From the NCBI GenBank assembly GCA_017512495.1, contig JAFWGF010000045.1, positions 2,202-66,201 on the forward strand: a DNA stretch of 64,000 nt. Reading direction: 5' to 3'. Below are positions 25,212 through 35,026 of the stretch, in pieces. Both the position numbers and the translations under genes were made by a program. The stretch comes from Bacilli bacterium (GTDB lineage: Bacteria; Bacillota_I; Bacilli_A; RF39; UBA660). Under the pieces are notes generated by a model that saw nothing but the letters and a program-made list of their open reading frames with translations, was not told the origin of the DNA and made no database searches. How positions within the stretch are numbered: the stretch's first letter is position 1; each line of letters begins with the position of its first letter.

Positions 25212-26348
25212 CTAAAACATTAAAAGACTCATTGTTTTAATTAATTGTTTAGCATTATTTGTACCCATTTTAGCAAGTTTTTCATTTTTAGGATTCATAT
25301 TATTCTTATTAACTCTTAAACCAGCTGTTACTAATGAAGTCCAGTTAGTTAATTGTTGTGAAGAACTATTAAATAAATATTTAGCGAATCCATCTATATC
25401 AACTCTATCAATATATCCTTTATAATCATCAGACATTATTCCTGGAATAATTACTGGAGCTAATCCAGCTTTTAATAAATTATGATTCATAATGATTCTA
25501 CCAGTTCTACCATTACCATCATTAAATGGATGAATACGCTCAAATCTAATATGAAATAAAGCTTCTCTTTTAAATATCTCATAACATCTTTTTAAATGCT
25601 CTACACGTGAAATATTAAGCTCATATGGATCTTTTATTTCCATACCAAAATTATTCCTATAGTCAGCAAATAGTTTCTGCATTTCAGTTGGTACATTTTC
25701 TTTATCTACTGGTGTAAATGAAGCATTTAAAATATCATTATTTGTTACTTTATAGCCATCTACTCTATCCAAATCACTTGCATTAACTAATTTATTAATT
25801 TCAATTACATCACTAATAGTAATTTCACCTAAACTCATAGCATAGTCAAAAGCTTTTAAATTATCCATTTTCATACCATAAGCTTTATCACTTGATTGTT
25901 TTAAATATGGTAATATTTGAAATAATTCTCTTAGATTATGATATGTAGCTACTTTATCAAAGTTTCCTGCTTCATCAAATTTAATAAAATGATAAATATA
26001 CGCTTCAAAATAACTAAAGTATTCATTATAAAGTCTATCTATTTGTTTTGGATTATCAGTTAATTTATCACTGAAAACACCCATCTTTGAACCATAAAAA
26101 ACTATTATTTGATGAAGAATTTCTCTAATCTGTTTTTTCTCAGTTAAAAATAACTGTTGGTACCTATTAAATGATTCATCATCCCAACATTGTTTTAATT
26201 GATACTCATAGTCTTCTTGCTCTTCAAAGGCTTTTTCAATTGATAAACTAGAAATTGAAAAACCAGCTTTAAAACTATTAAGTAAGTATTCATATTCCTC
26301 GTAAGTAAATATTTGTCCACCTATGTATATATCGTCACGTTTAGCCAT
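25212..26348 (-). CDS. Fic/DOC-family protein (probable AMP transferase)
   Basis: Canonical Fic motif HPFNDGNGRTGR. GAGG RBS before ATG 26348 (MAKRDDIY). Confidence 0.9.
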   Translation of the reverse strand: MAKRDDIYIGGQIFTYEEYEYLLNSFKAGFSISSLSIEKAFEEQEDYEYQLKQCWDDESFNRYQQLFLTEKKQIREILHQIIVFYGSKMGVFSDKLTDNPKQIDRLYNEYFSYFEAYIYHFIKFDEAGNFDKVATYHNLRELFQILPYLKQSSDKAYGMKMDNLKAFDYAMSLGEITISDVIEINKLVNASDLDRVDGYKVTNNDILNASFTPVDKENVPTEMQKLFADYRNNFGMEIKDPYELNISRVEHLKRCYEIFKREALFHIRFERIHPFNDGNGRTGRIIMNHNLLKAGLAPVIIPGIMSDDYKGYIDRVDIDGFAKYLFNSSSQQLTNWTSLVTAGLRVNKNNMNPKNEKLAKMGTNNAKQLIKTMSLLMF

Positions 26349-26417
26349 ATATACCTCACCCCTCAAATTTGGATAATTATACCACAAAACAGCAAAAAAG
26401 TCAAAAAATAGTAATAA

Positions 26418-26440
26418 AAAAAGACCTATAGGTCTTTATT
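26418..26440 (-). terminator. Rho-independent terminator after CDS 26440-27423
   Basis: AAAGACC-TATA-GGTCTTT hairpin (26420-26437), followed by a T run on the minus strand. Confidence 0.65.
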
Positions 26441-27423
26441 TAATTTGATAATTGATTACATGCAGCATAACCAGAGTTGGTACTAAAAGTTGCAAATATA
26501 CATAACGCTCCAAGATTTTCGTCCGTTGCAAGAACACCCAGGCTTCCACTATCATATGCACCAATTTTGATCTCTCCAAATGTACATGCCATACCATTAT
26601 CATAATCATAACAATTGTTACTTCCAAATATTTCTATTAAATAGTTCCTATTCGAATTATAATTAGAAGGACTATATGCTTTTAAATAGTATTCTTTATT
26701 ATTCTTAATAAAACCTAAATATGTTTCTTCAATTGTTCCATCATTAACTAAATGTCTAATAAATGCAGGATACCCCAGATAATTTGTGACACTTGTGTAA
26801 TCAGAATAAGCGTGTTGAATATTACCTACATCCCATCCAATAGTTGAGTAGTCATACGTATAAACATAGTAAAGTCTTTGAATAGCATTTTCATTAGCTT
26901 GTCTATATGTTACTGTGAATTGGAGATTTAAACTTTGATTAGATGCAGGTAATTGATTTGCATTTATATCAGTTCGATATTCTATTCTTACTTTATACTT
27001 TTCAGTAGTATTATGCAATAATTGATGATTTTGTTCTAATTCAATTCCATCTGAATATGTTACTGTATAGTTTAAATAATCCGGTAATGTTGTGATAGTT
27101 GCTCCATTAAGTTTAGAATCTATTGTATCTATCATTGCATCTATACTTCCACCATTTACTGCATCTACAGTGAATTCATAGAAGTCTCCCGGAGTATTTA
27201 ATACTACACTATAATTAACTGTAGTTTGATTACTTATTGTTGGAGATGAAGCACTTACACTGCCATTCTTTACTTGCACATTAGCCCAATGTACATCCCA
27301 ATTAGCACTATTTACTTGAGCTGTTCCATTTATATTTAAATCACTATTAATATAGGCATAGCCTATGCCTAATCCTAGTACTAATATAATTAAAAGAATT
27401 TTTACATTATCTTTATTTATCAT
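26440..27423 (-). CDS. Secreted or membrane-anchored protein, paralog family member C (conserved N-terminal module, variable Cys-containing C-terminus)
   Basis: 327 aa. The N-terminal ~190 aa are identical to 3289-4383 at most positions by eye (LGLGIGYAYINSDLNINGTAQVNSANWD.HWAN.QV...). The C-terminal region is only distantly related. Confidence 0.8.
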   Translation of the reverse strand: MINKDNVKILLIILVLGLGIGYAYINSDLNINGTAQVNSANWDVHWANVQVKNGSVSASSPTISNQTTVNYSVVLNTPGDFYEFTVDAVNGGSIDAMIDTIDSKLNGATITTLPDYLNYTVTYSDGIELEQNHQLLHNTTEKYKVRIEYRTDINANQLPASNQSLNLQFTVTYRQANENAIQRLYYVYTYDYSTIGWDVGNIQHAYSDYTSVTNYLGYPAFIRHLVNDGTIEETYLGFIKNNKEYYLKAYSPSNYNSNRNYLIEIFGSNNCYDYDNGMACTFGEIKIGAYDSGSLGVLATDENLGALCIFATFSTNSGYAACNQLSN

Positions 27424-27485
27424 ATTTATTCTCCTATATTAATTATATCTTTATAGATGCACTTTTTACAGGAACTACTGGTATA

Positions 27486-27514
27486 CAAAAAAATAAGAGA
27501 CCTAAGTCTCTTAT
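27486..27514 (-). terminator. Rho-independent terminator after leuS
   Basis: ATAAGAGAC-CTAA-GTCTCTTAT hairpin overlapping the leuS stop codon, with a T7 run on the minus strand. Confidence 0.65.
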
Positions 27515-29922
27515 TTAACAACGATATTTACTATTTTACCTTTAATTACTATTACTTTTACGATTTCTTTTCCTTCGATATGCTTCTTAACATTATCACA
27601 TTCCATAGCTCTTTCTTTAATAGATTGTTCATCATCTTCAACATTAATTTGAATAGTAGCACGAACTTTACCATTTACTTGAACAGCTATGTCTTTAACG
27701 CTTTCAACTGTCTTTTCTTCATCATATTCAGGCCATTCAGATTCACATATTGGTTTAAATCCTAATTCTTCATTTAATTCTTCTGTAATATGAGGAGCCA
27801 TTGGATTTAATAAGATAAGTAATAATCTGTAATCATCTTTAGTAATATTTTCTAAATCATCATAAGCATTAGCTAAAATCATCAAACTAGAAATCGCTGT
27901 ATTATAACCCATATGAGTCAAATCATATTCAATCTTTTTGATAGTTTTATTTTGAATAGCTTCTAATGTGTCTGTATATCCTTCTTTATCATTTACTTTA
28001 TCTTTTAAACGAATTACCTTATCAATAAATCTCTTACATCCTCTTAATGAATCAGTACTCCATGGAGCATCCATTTGATAATCACCCATAAACATTTCAT
28101 AAACACGTAAAGTATCTGCTCCATACTCATTAACTATATCATCTGGATTAATAACATTTCCCTTTGATTTAGACATTTTTTGATTATCTGAGCCTAATAC
28201 CATACCATGAGATACTCTAGTCCAAATCATTTCTTTATTAGGAACAAGCCCAATATTATATAAAAATTGTACCCAGAATCTAGCATATAATAAGTGTCTA
28301 GCAGTATGTTCCATACCACCATTATACCAATCTACTCGATTCCAATATTTCATTTTTTCCATACTAGCAAATTCTTTATCATTATGAGCATCCATAAATC
28401 TTAAGAAATACCAAGATGATCCAGCCCAGTTAGGCATTGTATCTGTTTCTCTCTTAGCATCTCCACCACACTTTGGACATTTACAATTAACAAATTCAGG
28501 AATATTAGCTAATGGGCTTTCTCCATCTTCAGTAGGCTCATATTCTGCTACTTCTGGTAATAATAATGGTAAATCTTTTTCATCCATTGGTACCCATCCA
28601 CATTTAGGACAGTCAATCATTGGAATTGGTTCTCCCCAGAATCTCTGACGAGAGAAAATCCAATCACGCATCTTATAATTATTAACACGTCTACCAATAC
28701 CCATTTCTACTAGTTTATCAGTTATTTTATCACGAGCTTCTTCTACAACTAAACCATCAAACTCTTCACTGTTCATTAATTTACAGCCTTTACCTAAATA
28801 TTCATGTTTTTCAAAAGCTTTCTTAGAAACATCAGCACCATCAATAACTTGAATCATTTCCAAATTATGTTCAACAGCATATTCAAAGTCTCTTTGATCA
28901 TGACTAGGTACTGCCATAACAGCCCCAGTACCATAATCTCCTAAAACAAAATCTCCAAGGAAAATAGGTACTTCTTTACCATTAACTGGATTAATCGCTT
29001 TAATTCCTTTAACTTCAACACCAGTTTTACCTTTATTAAGCTCAGTTCTATCCATATTAGACTTAGTAGCAGTCTCTTTAATATAAGCTTCTACTTCATC
29101 TTTGTTTTCTACTCTAGGCATTAATTCCTTGATAAGCTTACCATCAGGCGCAATTACAAAGAAAGTAATTCCATAGATTGTTTCAATACATGTAGTGAAG
29201 ATACTAAATTTCCCTCCACCAACAATCTCTACATCTAGTTCTACTCCTTCACTCTTACCAATCCAATTAATCTGACCTAATTTAACTCTATCAGCAAAAT
29301 TAGTATCATCTAATCCAGTCAACAAATCTTCAGCATAATCACTCATTCTAAGCATCCACTGACTCTTTTCTTTTTGAACTACTTGAGTACCACAACGTTC
29401 ACATACTCCACCAGCAGCATCTTCATTAGATAATACACTCTTACATTTAGGACACCAATTTACTGGAATAGTATCCTTATAAGCCATACCATGCTTATAA
29501 AATTGTAAAAATTGCCATTGAGTCCATTTATAATAATCTGGATCAGTAGTAGAATATTCTCTACTCCAATCAAATGAGAAACCTAAAGTCTTCATTTGAT
29601 TTTTAAATGTCTTAATATTTTCTTTAACTGCCTCTTTTGGATGAATATGATTCTTTATTGCATATTGCTCAGCAGGAGCACCAAAAGCATCCCAACCCAT
29701 TGGATATAAAACATTATATCCTTGCATTCTCATCATACGAGCTAAAGCATCTTGCGCAGTATAACTACGAACATGTCCTACATGTAATCCTGAACCACTA
29801 GGATAAGGAAATTCTACTAATATATAGTATGGTTTCTTATCTTTATCCTCAGTAACTTCAAAAGTTTTATTCTTATCCCAATACTTTTGCCACTTTTTTT
29901 CTATTTTCTTAAAATCATTCAT
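27511..29922 (-). CDS. leuS: Leucine--tRNA ligase
   Basis: ~803 aa. HVGH (HIGH) and KMSKS motifs, and CP1 zinc-finger cysteines. ATG 29922 (MNDFKKIEKKWQ). Confidence 0.97.
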   Translation of the reverse strand: MNDFKKIEKKWQKYWDKNKTFEVTEDKDKKPYYILVEFPYPSGSGLHVGHVRSYTAQDALARMMRMQGYNVLYPMGWDAFGAPAEQYAIKNHIHPKEAVKENIKTFKNQMKTLGFSFDWSREYSTTDPDYYKWTQWQFLQFYKHGMAYKDTIPVNWCPKCKSVLSNEDAAGGVCERCGTQVVQKEKSQWMLRMSDYAEDLLTGLDDTNFADRVKLGQINWIGKSEGVELDVEIVGGGKFSIFTTCIETIYGITFFVIAPDGKLIKELMPRVENKDEVEAYIKETATKSNMDRTELNKGKTGVEVKGIKAINPVNGKEVPIFLGDFVLGDYGTGAVMAVPSHDQRDFEYAVEHNLEMIQVIDGADVSKKAFEKHEYLGKGCKLMNSEEFDGLVVEEARDKITDKLVEMGIGRRVNNYKMRDWIFSRQRFWGEPIPMIDCPKCGWVPMDEKDLPLLLPEVAEYEPTEDGESPLANIPEFVNCKCPKCGGDAKRETDTMPNWAGSSWYFLRFMDAHNDKEFASMEKMKYWNRVDWYNGGMEHTARHLLYARFWVQFLYNIGLVPNKEMIWTRVSHGMVLGSDNQKMSKSKGNVINPDDIVNEYGADTLRVYEMFMGDYQMDAPWSTDSLRGCKRFIDKVIRLKDKVNDKEGYTDTLEAIQNKTIKKIEYDLTHMGYNTAISSLMILANAYDDLENITKDDYRLLLILLNPMAPHITEELNEELGFKPICESEWPEYDEEKTVESVKDIAVQVNGKVRATIQINVEDDEQSIKERAMECDNVKKHIEGKEIVKVIVIKGKIVNIVVK

Positions 29923-30271
29923 CAATAATCATTCCTTTCTTTTTATAAAACAAATAAATAAAATGATAGCTAATTAAAATAATTAAAATAGTACCAAAAA
30001 ATCCAACTAATACTTCTAATAGAAAACTATTAAGATTAAATACTATACTTACAATTAAACTAATATCAAAAGAAGATATAATTGCGATTAATTGTAATAA
30101 CTGATTATAAGGTATCTTCTTATAATTTAAATTCTTATACATCTTTTTTAAATATAAAACTTCGAGTGGTTCTTTCTTATTCTTTTTCTTTTTTGCCTTA
30201 GAAATAATAAAAAACTGATATATTATAAAAACAAATATATAAGTAATAATAAACATCAATATTTCTTCCAT
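29915..30271 (-). CDS. Small membrane protein (3 predicted TM segments) encoded between the Leu T-box and leuS
   Basis: 118 aa. GGAGG RBS 8 nt upstream of the ATG. Hydrophobic segments are separated by a KKKKNKK loop. It overlaps the leuS start by 8 nt. Confidence 0.6.
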   Translation of the reverse strand: MEEILMFIITYIFVFIIYQFFIISKAKKKKNKKEPLEVLYLKKMYKNLNYKKIPYNQLLQLIAIISSFDISLIVSIVFNLNSFLLEVLVGFFGTILIILISYHFIYLFYKKKGMIIDE

Positions 30272-30277
30272 AAATCC

Positions 30278-30482
30278 TCCTAAAAAAAATAATTCATCCC
30301 ATAAGGACGAATTATTCGCGGTACCACCTTAATTTATAAGTCAATTATACTCTCTTAATCGATAACGGAATTACCCAATTCGCTCCTAAGACAAGTTCAT
30401 AAAACTATATTATCTATTTCCACCAAACATAGACTCTCTATCAATAATCATTTTATTACTACTTCTTGTTCATCGCAAATAC
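30278..30482 (-). promoter_or_regulatory. T-box leader (probable Leu specifier) with intrinsic terminator
   Basis: The minus strand reads AATTAAGGTGGTACCGCG (30317-30334), then a hairpin and a T8 run. Stem I TTGCGATGAACAAGAAGTAGTA and an AGAGA box are present. Candidate specifier is CUU (30393-30395) or UUG. The promoter is TTGGAA (30511-30516), 16 nt, TGTTATAAT (-10 at 30489-30494). Confidence 0.85.
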
Positions 30483-30531
30483 AAGGTTATTATAACACAT
30501 ATTTATAATATTCCAAGACTAAAATTAATAA

Positions 30532-31299
30532 TTATTTATGACTTTTACTAACACTATGGTTTTTAATATCTGTGTAATTAAGATAAATATTTCTAATTGC
30601 ACTTGCAAAATAGTTGTCTCCAAGGTAATCAACTACTTCATTAAGATTTTTCATATGATTAATCTTATTATCAAACATTTCACTAGCTAACTCATCAAAT
30701 AATTGTTCTTTTGATACTAACATTACATCATCATAATCTTCTTCACTATATAAAACTCCTTGAGGATACATATAAAGTATACTTTTTCTTTGACTAGAAA
30801 GATCTTTATACAAAGGCTCTTTAGCTGTAGCATCTAAACATTCTTTTAATGCTTTGTCATTTCCAAAAGTATTTCTCAAATAATCCACTACTGCACTTTC
30901 TTCAGCCATTTCACTACCTACAAAATTAGTTATTTCCTGAACAGCTTCTTCTCCCTTTTCATAGGCTAATTCTACTAAAAAATTATAATTTGATAGAATT
31001 CTATCTGCAATTAATTCAGCAGGTACTATAGGATTCATTCCTTCAACAGAATCTTCCCAATAATGTACATTTCCTTCATAAAAGCATAAATAACCATATT
31101 TTCTAGCAATATCAAAAGCTCTTTCTCTGTCTTCACTTGAAGCATCTGCTAATTTTGGACTAAGAAAAGCATTATCTAAATCACCAGCAAGTAAATGATC
31201 AAACATTACATCACATACTGTTGCTTCATCAACAACATTCATTGATTCACAATAGTTTAATATAGTTGCATCTAATAACTTACCCGTTCTTTCCTTCAT
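30532..31299 (-). CDS. Hypothetical cytoplasmic protein
   Basis: 255 aa ORF with a GGAGG RBS, 11 nt downstream of the GH31 gene. No motif recognised. Confidence 0.55.
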   Translation of the reverse strand: MKERTGKLLDATILNYCESMNVVDEATVCDVMFDHLLAGDLDNAFLSPKLADASSEDRERAFDIARKYGYLCFYEGNVHYWEDSVEGMNPIVPAELIADRILSNYNFLVELAYEKGEEAVQEITNFVGSEMAEESAVVDYLRNTFGNDKALKECLDATAKEPLYKDLSSQRKSILYMYPQGVLYSEEDYDDVMLVSKEQLFDELASEMFDNKINHMKNLNEVVDYLGDNYFASAIRNIYLNYTDIKNHSVSKSHK

Positions 31300-31310
31300 A
31301 ATTAAACCTC

Positions 31311-33740
31311 CTAGAATTCATTAATATAATCTAATAGTTTTAAGAATAAACTCATATATTCTTTAGATAACCCTTTATTCTTTAATTTACGAATCTCTAT
31401 TCTTTTCTTATTAATTGGAAGTTCACCAAAAATTATTTCAGCTATTTCTTCTTTTAAATAAGTCTCAATTTTTAAGTCCATTAAGATACTATCTAAATCG
31501 TCATTAATAAGACGTACAGCATCTATTTCAATATCTTTTCCCTTACAGTTAATAGTTAACTGACCAATAGTTGGAACATTCTTAACCTCAACAACAAAGT
31601 CATTACCATCAATATAATTTTCTGATTCTAATTTTTCAGAATTATAGTAAACAGTAACACTATCAGCTTGTTTAGTATTTCTAAACACCATTTTATAATT
31701 TCTTTTCTCTGGTGCAATACCACTCTTTCCATCTATTGAACGAATAATAACTGTATAGTTATTTCTCAAATAGTTATAGTCAATTGAAGTTTTTAAATAA
31801 TATCCTTCTCTATATAACGAAGATATTCCATCATCTTCATATAATGTATAAGTATTACTTACTCCCGGAAAGATTTGAATTTCTAAATCTGTTGGAAGTC
31901 CGATATTATTATAATCACTTCTATTAGAGAATGGAATTATTGATCCAGAATGAGCAAATACTGGATAATCATCTTCTTTAAAGAACGAAACATATTTCTT
32001 ATTTCCTGGGAATTTCTTACCAGTAACAAAGTCATACCATGTACCTTCTGGTACAAAGAATCTATGAATACTACGATTCATTACAGGATCTTTTGGCTCT
32101 AGTATTGGACATACTAATAATTGTGAACCTAGATAGTATTGATTCTTGTATAAATCGTCATCATAAACCCACATGTAGTTATAATAGAATGGCTGAATCA
32201 ATGGAGTACCACTCTTAGTATAATTATATGCTTCTGTATATAGATATGGGATTAATCTATGACGCAATCTCATATAATCAGCAGCAATTGTTTCTGTCTT
32301 AGCATCCCATAACCATGGTTCTTTTTTATAATATCTTCCTCTAGCTCCATGGAATCTAAGTATTGGTCCAAAGGTACTAAGTTGAACATATCTTAAATAT
32401 AATTCTCCATCTTCAATACCACCATGATTACCACCAACGTCATGACTCCACCAACTAACTCCATTGTTCGCAGCATTTAAATACATAAATGGTAGTTGTT
32501 TTAAATCTTTCCAACTAATCTCACTAGATCCACCATATAGTACAGGATATCTATGAGGTGCATAAACACTACCACGAGCTAATAATAATGGTCTTTTTTC
32601 ATTATTACGTCCAGAATCTATATACATATAATGATTTAAAGCCCATAACTTATGAATATCCATTCCTCCATTAGAATCATTCCAGAAGAAATCCACTCCT
32701 AAAGCTTCTAATGGATGTAAGAACATTTTAAATAAAACATCTAACAATTTAGGATTTAATGGATCAATCTCAATAATTGCTGGAGCTTGAAGTCCTAAAT
32801 ATTCAATTGCTTGAGGATAATGTTCTTCATGAGGATAAATACCATTAGTTGGGTTCACACAAAGACCTACTCTGATTCCACGTTTATGGAACTCATTAAT
32901 CATAATCTTTGGATCTTTAATCAATTGCTTATTAAATGTAAATCCTGTTTTTAAATCCTTCGCAGTATCTGTATTTCTAATATGCCAGTCATGATCAAAT
33001 AACATAACTGAAATAGGTATTTTCTTTCTATCAAATTTTCTAATTAAATCAATTATTTTAAGATCATCATATTCTATATTTCTACTCCACCAGTTACCTA
33101 AAGCAAATCTAGGTATTAATGGAGGAGCTCCTGTCATTTTAAAATAATCAAATAATACTTGCTTAAAATCTCTATCATACATAAAAACATAAATATCAGT
33201 ATGATTAGGAATAGGTTCTGATAATGTACCATCTTGTTCTATAATTTTTCCTAGACTATCATCAATAGAACAAAAACCATCTAAAGAATATAAACCTTTT
33301 TGAAGTTCTTTTGGAATATTTACGTCTACACCAACCATATTTCCAAGCATATTTCTAGCTTCAGGATGACCAATATACCAATCTTTATTTCTATCTTTAT
33401 CTTTTGATAAAAGAGTAATCTTTAAATTTTTCATTTTATCTACAGCTGTTCCTACAAATGGTTGTCCTTTAATATATGTCAAACAAAAATATTTGGTAGT
33501 AACTTCCATAATATTATCATCTTGACGTATATAGAAATCTGGTATCCCAACATTACGTTTTTTTACTAATTGCGTTGGTTTATCATTAAATTGACCATTT
33601 GGTGAAAATTCAAGTCTAATAATTCTTTCTGTAATAACAGAAATTCTATAATTAGGGCCTTGTGCAACCGCTTTCTTATCACTAACAGCCTTTGTATAAT
33701 CTACTTCAAATTGTTTTCCAAGTGGATACATACCAAACAC
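31311..33740 (-). CDS. Glycoside hydrolase family 31 (alpha-glucosidase / alpha-xylosidase type)
   Basis: 809 aa. GVDFFWNDSNG (nucleophile region resembling WxDMNE), WSHDVGG, and a size typical of GH31. Confidence 0.85.
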   Translation of the reverse strand: MFGMYPLGKQFEVDYTKAVSDKKAVAQGPNYRISVITERIIRLEFSPNGQFNDKPTQLVKKRNVGIPDFYIRQDDNIMEVTTKYFCLTYIKGQPFVGTAVDKMKNLKITLLSKDKDRNKDWYIGHPEARNMLGNMVGVDVNIPKELQKGLYSLDGFCSIDDSLGKIIEQDGTLSEPIPNHTDIYVFMYDRDFKQVLFDYFKMTGAPPLIPRFALGNWWSRNIEYDDLKIIDLIRKFDRKKIPISVMLFDHDWHIRNTDTAKDLKTGFTFNKQLIKDPKIMINEFHKRGIRVGLCVNPTNGIYPHEEHYPQAIEYLGLQAPAIIEIDPLNPKLLDVLFKMFLHPLEALGVDFFWNDSNGGMDIHKLWALNHYMYIDSGRNNEKRPLLLARGSVYAPHRYPVLYGGSSEISWKDLKQLPFMYLNAANNGVSWWSHDVGGNHGGIEDGELYLRYVQLSTFGPILRFHGARGRYYKKEPWLWDAKTETIAADYMRLRHRLIPYLYTEAYNYTKSGTPLIQPFYYNYMWVYDDDLYKNQYYLGSQLLVCPILEPKDPVMNRSIHRFFVPEGTWYDFVTGKKFPGNKKYVSFFKEDDYPVFAHSGSIIPFSNRSDYNNIGLPTDLEIQIFPGVSNTYTLYEDDGISSLYREGYYLKTSIDYNYLRNNYTVIIRSIDGKSGIAPEKRNYKMVFRNTKQADSVTVYYNSEKLESENYIDGNDFVVEVKNVPTIGQLTINCKGKDIEIDAVRLINDDLDSILMDLKIETYLKEEIAEIIFGELPINKKRIEIRKLKNKGLSKEYMSLFLKLLDYINEF

Positions 33741-33790
33741 CTTCTTATTATTCTGATAATATCATACCATAATTAAAAAAAATAGCCAAT

Positions 33791-33815
33791 AAAAAAAGAC
33801 AGAAATTGTCTTTTA
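33791..33815 (-). terminator. Rho-independent terminator after the VanY-type gene
   Basis: AAAGACA-GAAAT-TGTCTTT hairpin with a T run on the minus strand. Confidence 0.6.
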
Positions 33816-34946
33816 TTTATCTAAATATTTCACAAAATACTCTTCTAGAGTCATATCATCATCATGAATAATTTTAGCAGCCTTTTTGCCAACATAACGG
33901 TAATGCCATGGTTCACTTCTAAAACCTGTAATGTCTTCATACTTTTTAGCAAATCTAAAAATAAATCCATATTTATATGCGTTTTCTAACATCCATTCAT
34001 ATTCTTTTGAATTAGCAAATACATTAACACTTCTACTACCAATATCAAAAGCTAATCCAGTTTGATGTTCAGAATAGCCTGGTTTCGCAACAAATTTATC
34101 GACATATGCTTGTCCATATGAATTTAAATATAAATTAGAAATATCTACTTGATCTTCATAACTACGATATGCTGAATTAATAACAATACCCAATCCAGCA
34201 CTTTCACATGCTTTACTCATTTCAATAAACGCATTTAAGGCTTCTTTATTACATTTTAAATCAGATTCAGAAGCATATTTTTTATCAATTTTTACTAAAT
34301 TATCAGGTTCAAAATCTTTATCTAAATAATGATGCTTATTAACCAACATATCCATTGAAAACTTATCTACTAAAATACTATCTTGATAATCTTCTTTATC
34401 CATTTCTAAATTAACTAACATAACTACTAATTCTTCATCTTCAGCAGTTTCATTCTCATAATTAAGATATCGATCATAATTATCTAATTTAGCATAGTCA
34501 ACAGTATAAAACATTTCTAAGTATTTAACTTTTTCTTTTTTAGTAAAATTAGTAACACTAGTATCATTACCATGAGTAAGAATAATATTAATTTCATTGT
34601 TACTATAACCAATTTTTATTAATTTGTTTATATTCTTAATCAAGTGTTCATGATTAACATAATTAATTTTAGTATAATTATCCATATACTTTTCTTTAAA
34701 ATCTGTACTTTCAAAAGCTGCATTTAAAGTCTTATTTTCTCCTATTTGTAAAACATCATCTTTATGAAATGAAAATAAGATATTCTTACTAGCTTCTTTA
34801 CTATAACCTATTTTAGTTAAATCATTTATTTGTTTTAAATAAAAGATTAATAAACCAAGCAAAATGCAAAGTATTACTCCAATTACTTTTATAATACTTA
34901 AATATGGTTCTTTAATTTTGATACTTTTTATCTTTTGCTTTGTCAT
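33813..34946 (-). CDS. Membrane-anchored D-alanyl-D-alanine carboxypeptidase, VanY / peptidase M15B family
   Basis: SAYRSYEDQ, GYSEHQTGLAFD and EPWHYRYVG motifs, plus an N-terminal TM segment. ATG 34946 is preceded by AGGTGA. Confidence 0.85.
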   Translation of the reverse strand: MTKQKIKSIKIKEPYLSIIKVIGVILCILLGLLIFYLKQINDLTKIGYSKEASKNILFSFHKDDVLQIGENKTLNAAFESTDFKEKYMDNYTKINYVNHEHLIKNINKLIKIGYSNNEINIILTHGNDTSVTNFTKKEKVKYLEMFYTVDYAKLDNYDRYLNYENETAEDEELVVMLVNLEMDKEDYQDSILVDKFSMDMLVNKHHYLDKDFEPDNLVKIDKKYASESDLKCNKEALNAFIEMSKACESAGLGIVINSAYRSYEDQVDISNLYLNSYGQAYVDKFVAKPGYSEHQTGLAFDIGSRSVNVFANSKEYEWMLENAYKYGFIFRFAKKYEDITGFRSEPWHYRYVGKKAAKIIHDDDMTLEEYFVKYLDK

Positions 34947-35026
34947 AGTATCACCTACTATTATTTTATCACAAAATTGCATAAAACTATAGAGTATGTT
35001 ATTATTAAAACGTTTTAGGTGATTAT

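Noticed and set aside
26436-27765. ORFs 26436-26627 (-) and 27457-27765 (+)
   Set aside because: The first is an alternative frame within paralog C. The second is antisense to the 3' end of leuS and the intergenic terminator, with AT-rich Phe/Asn/Ile composition.
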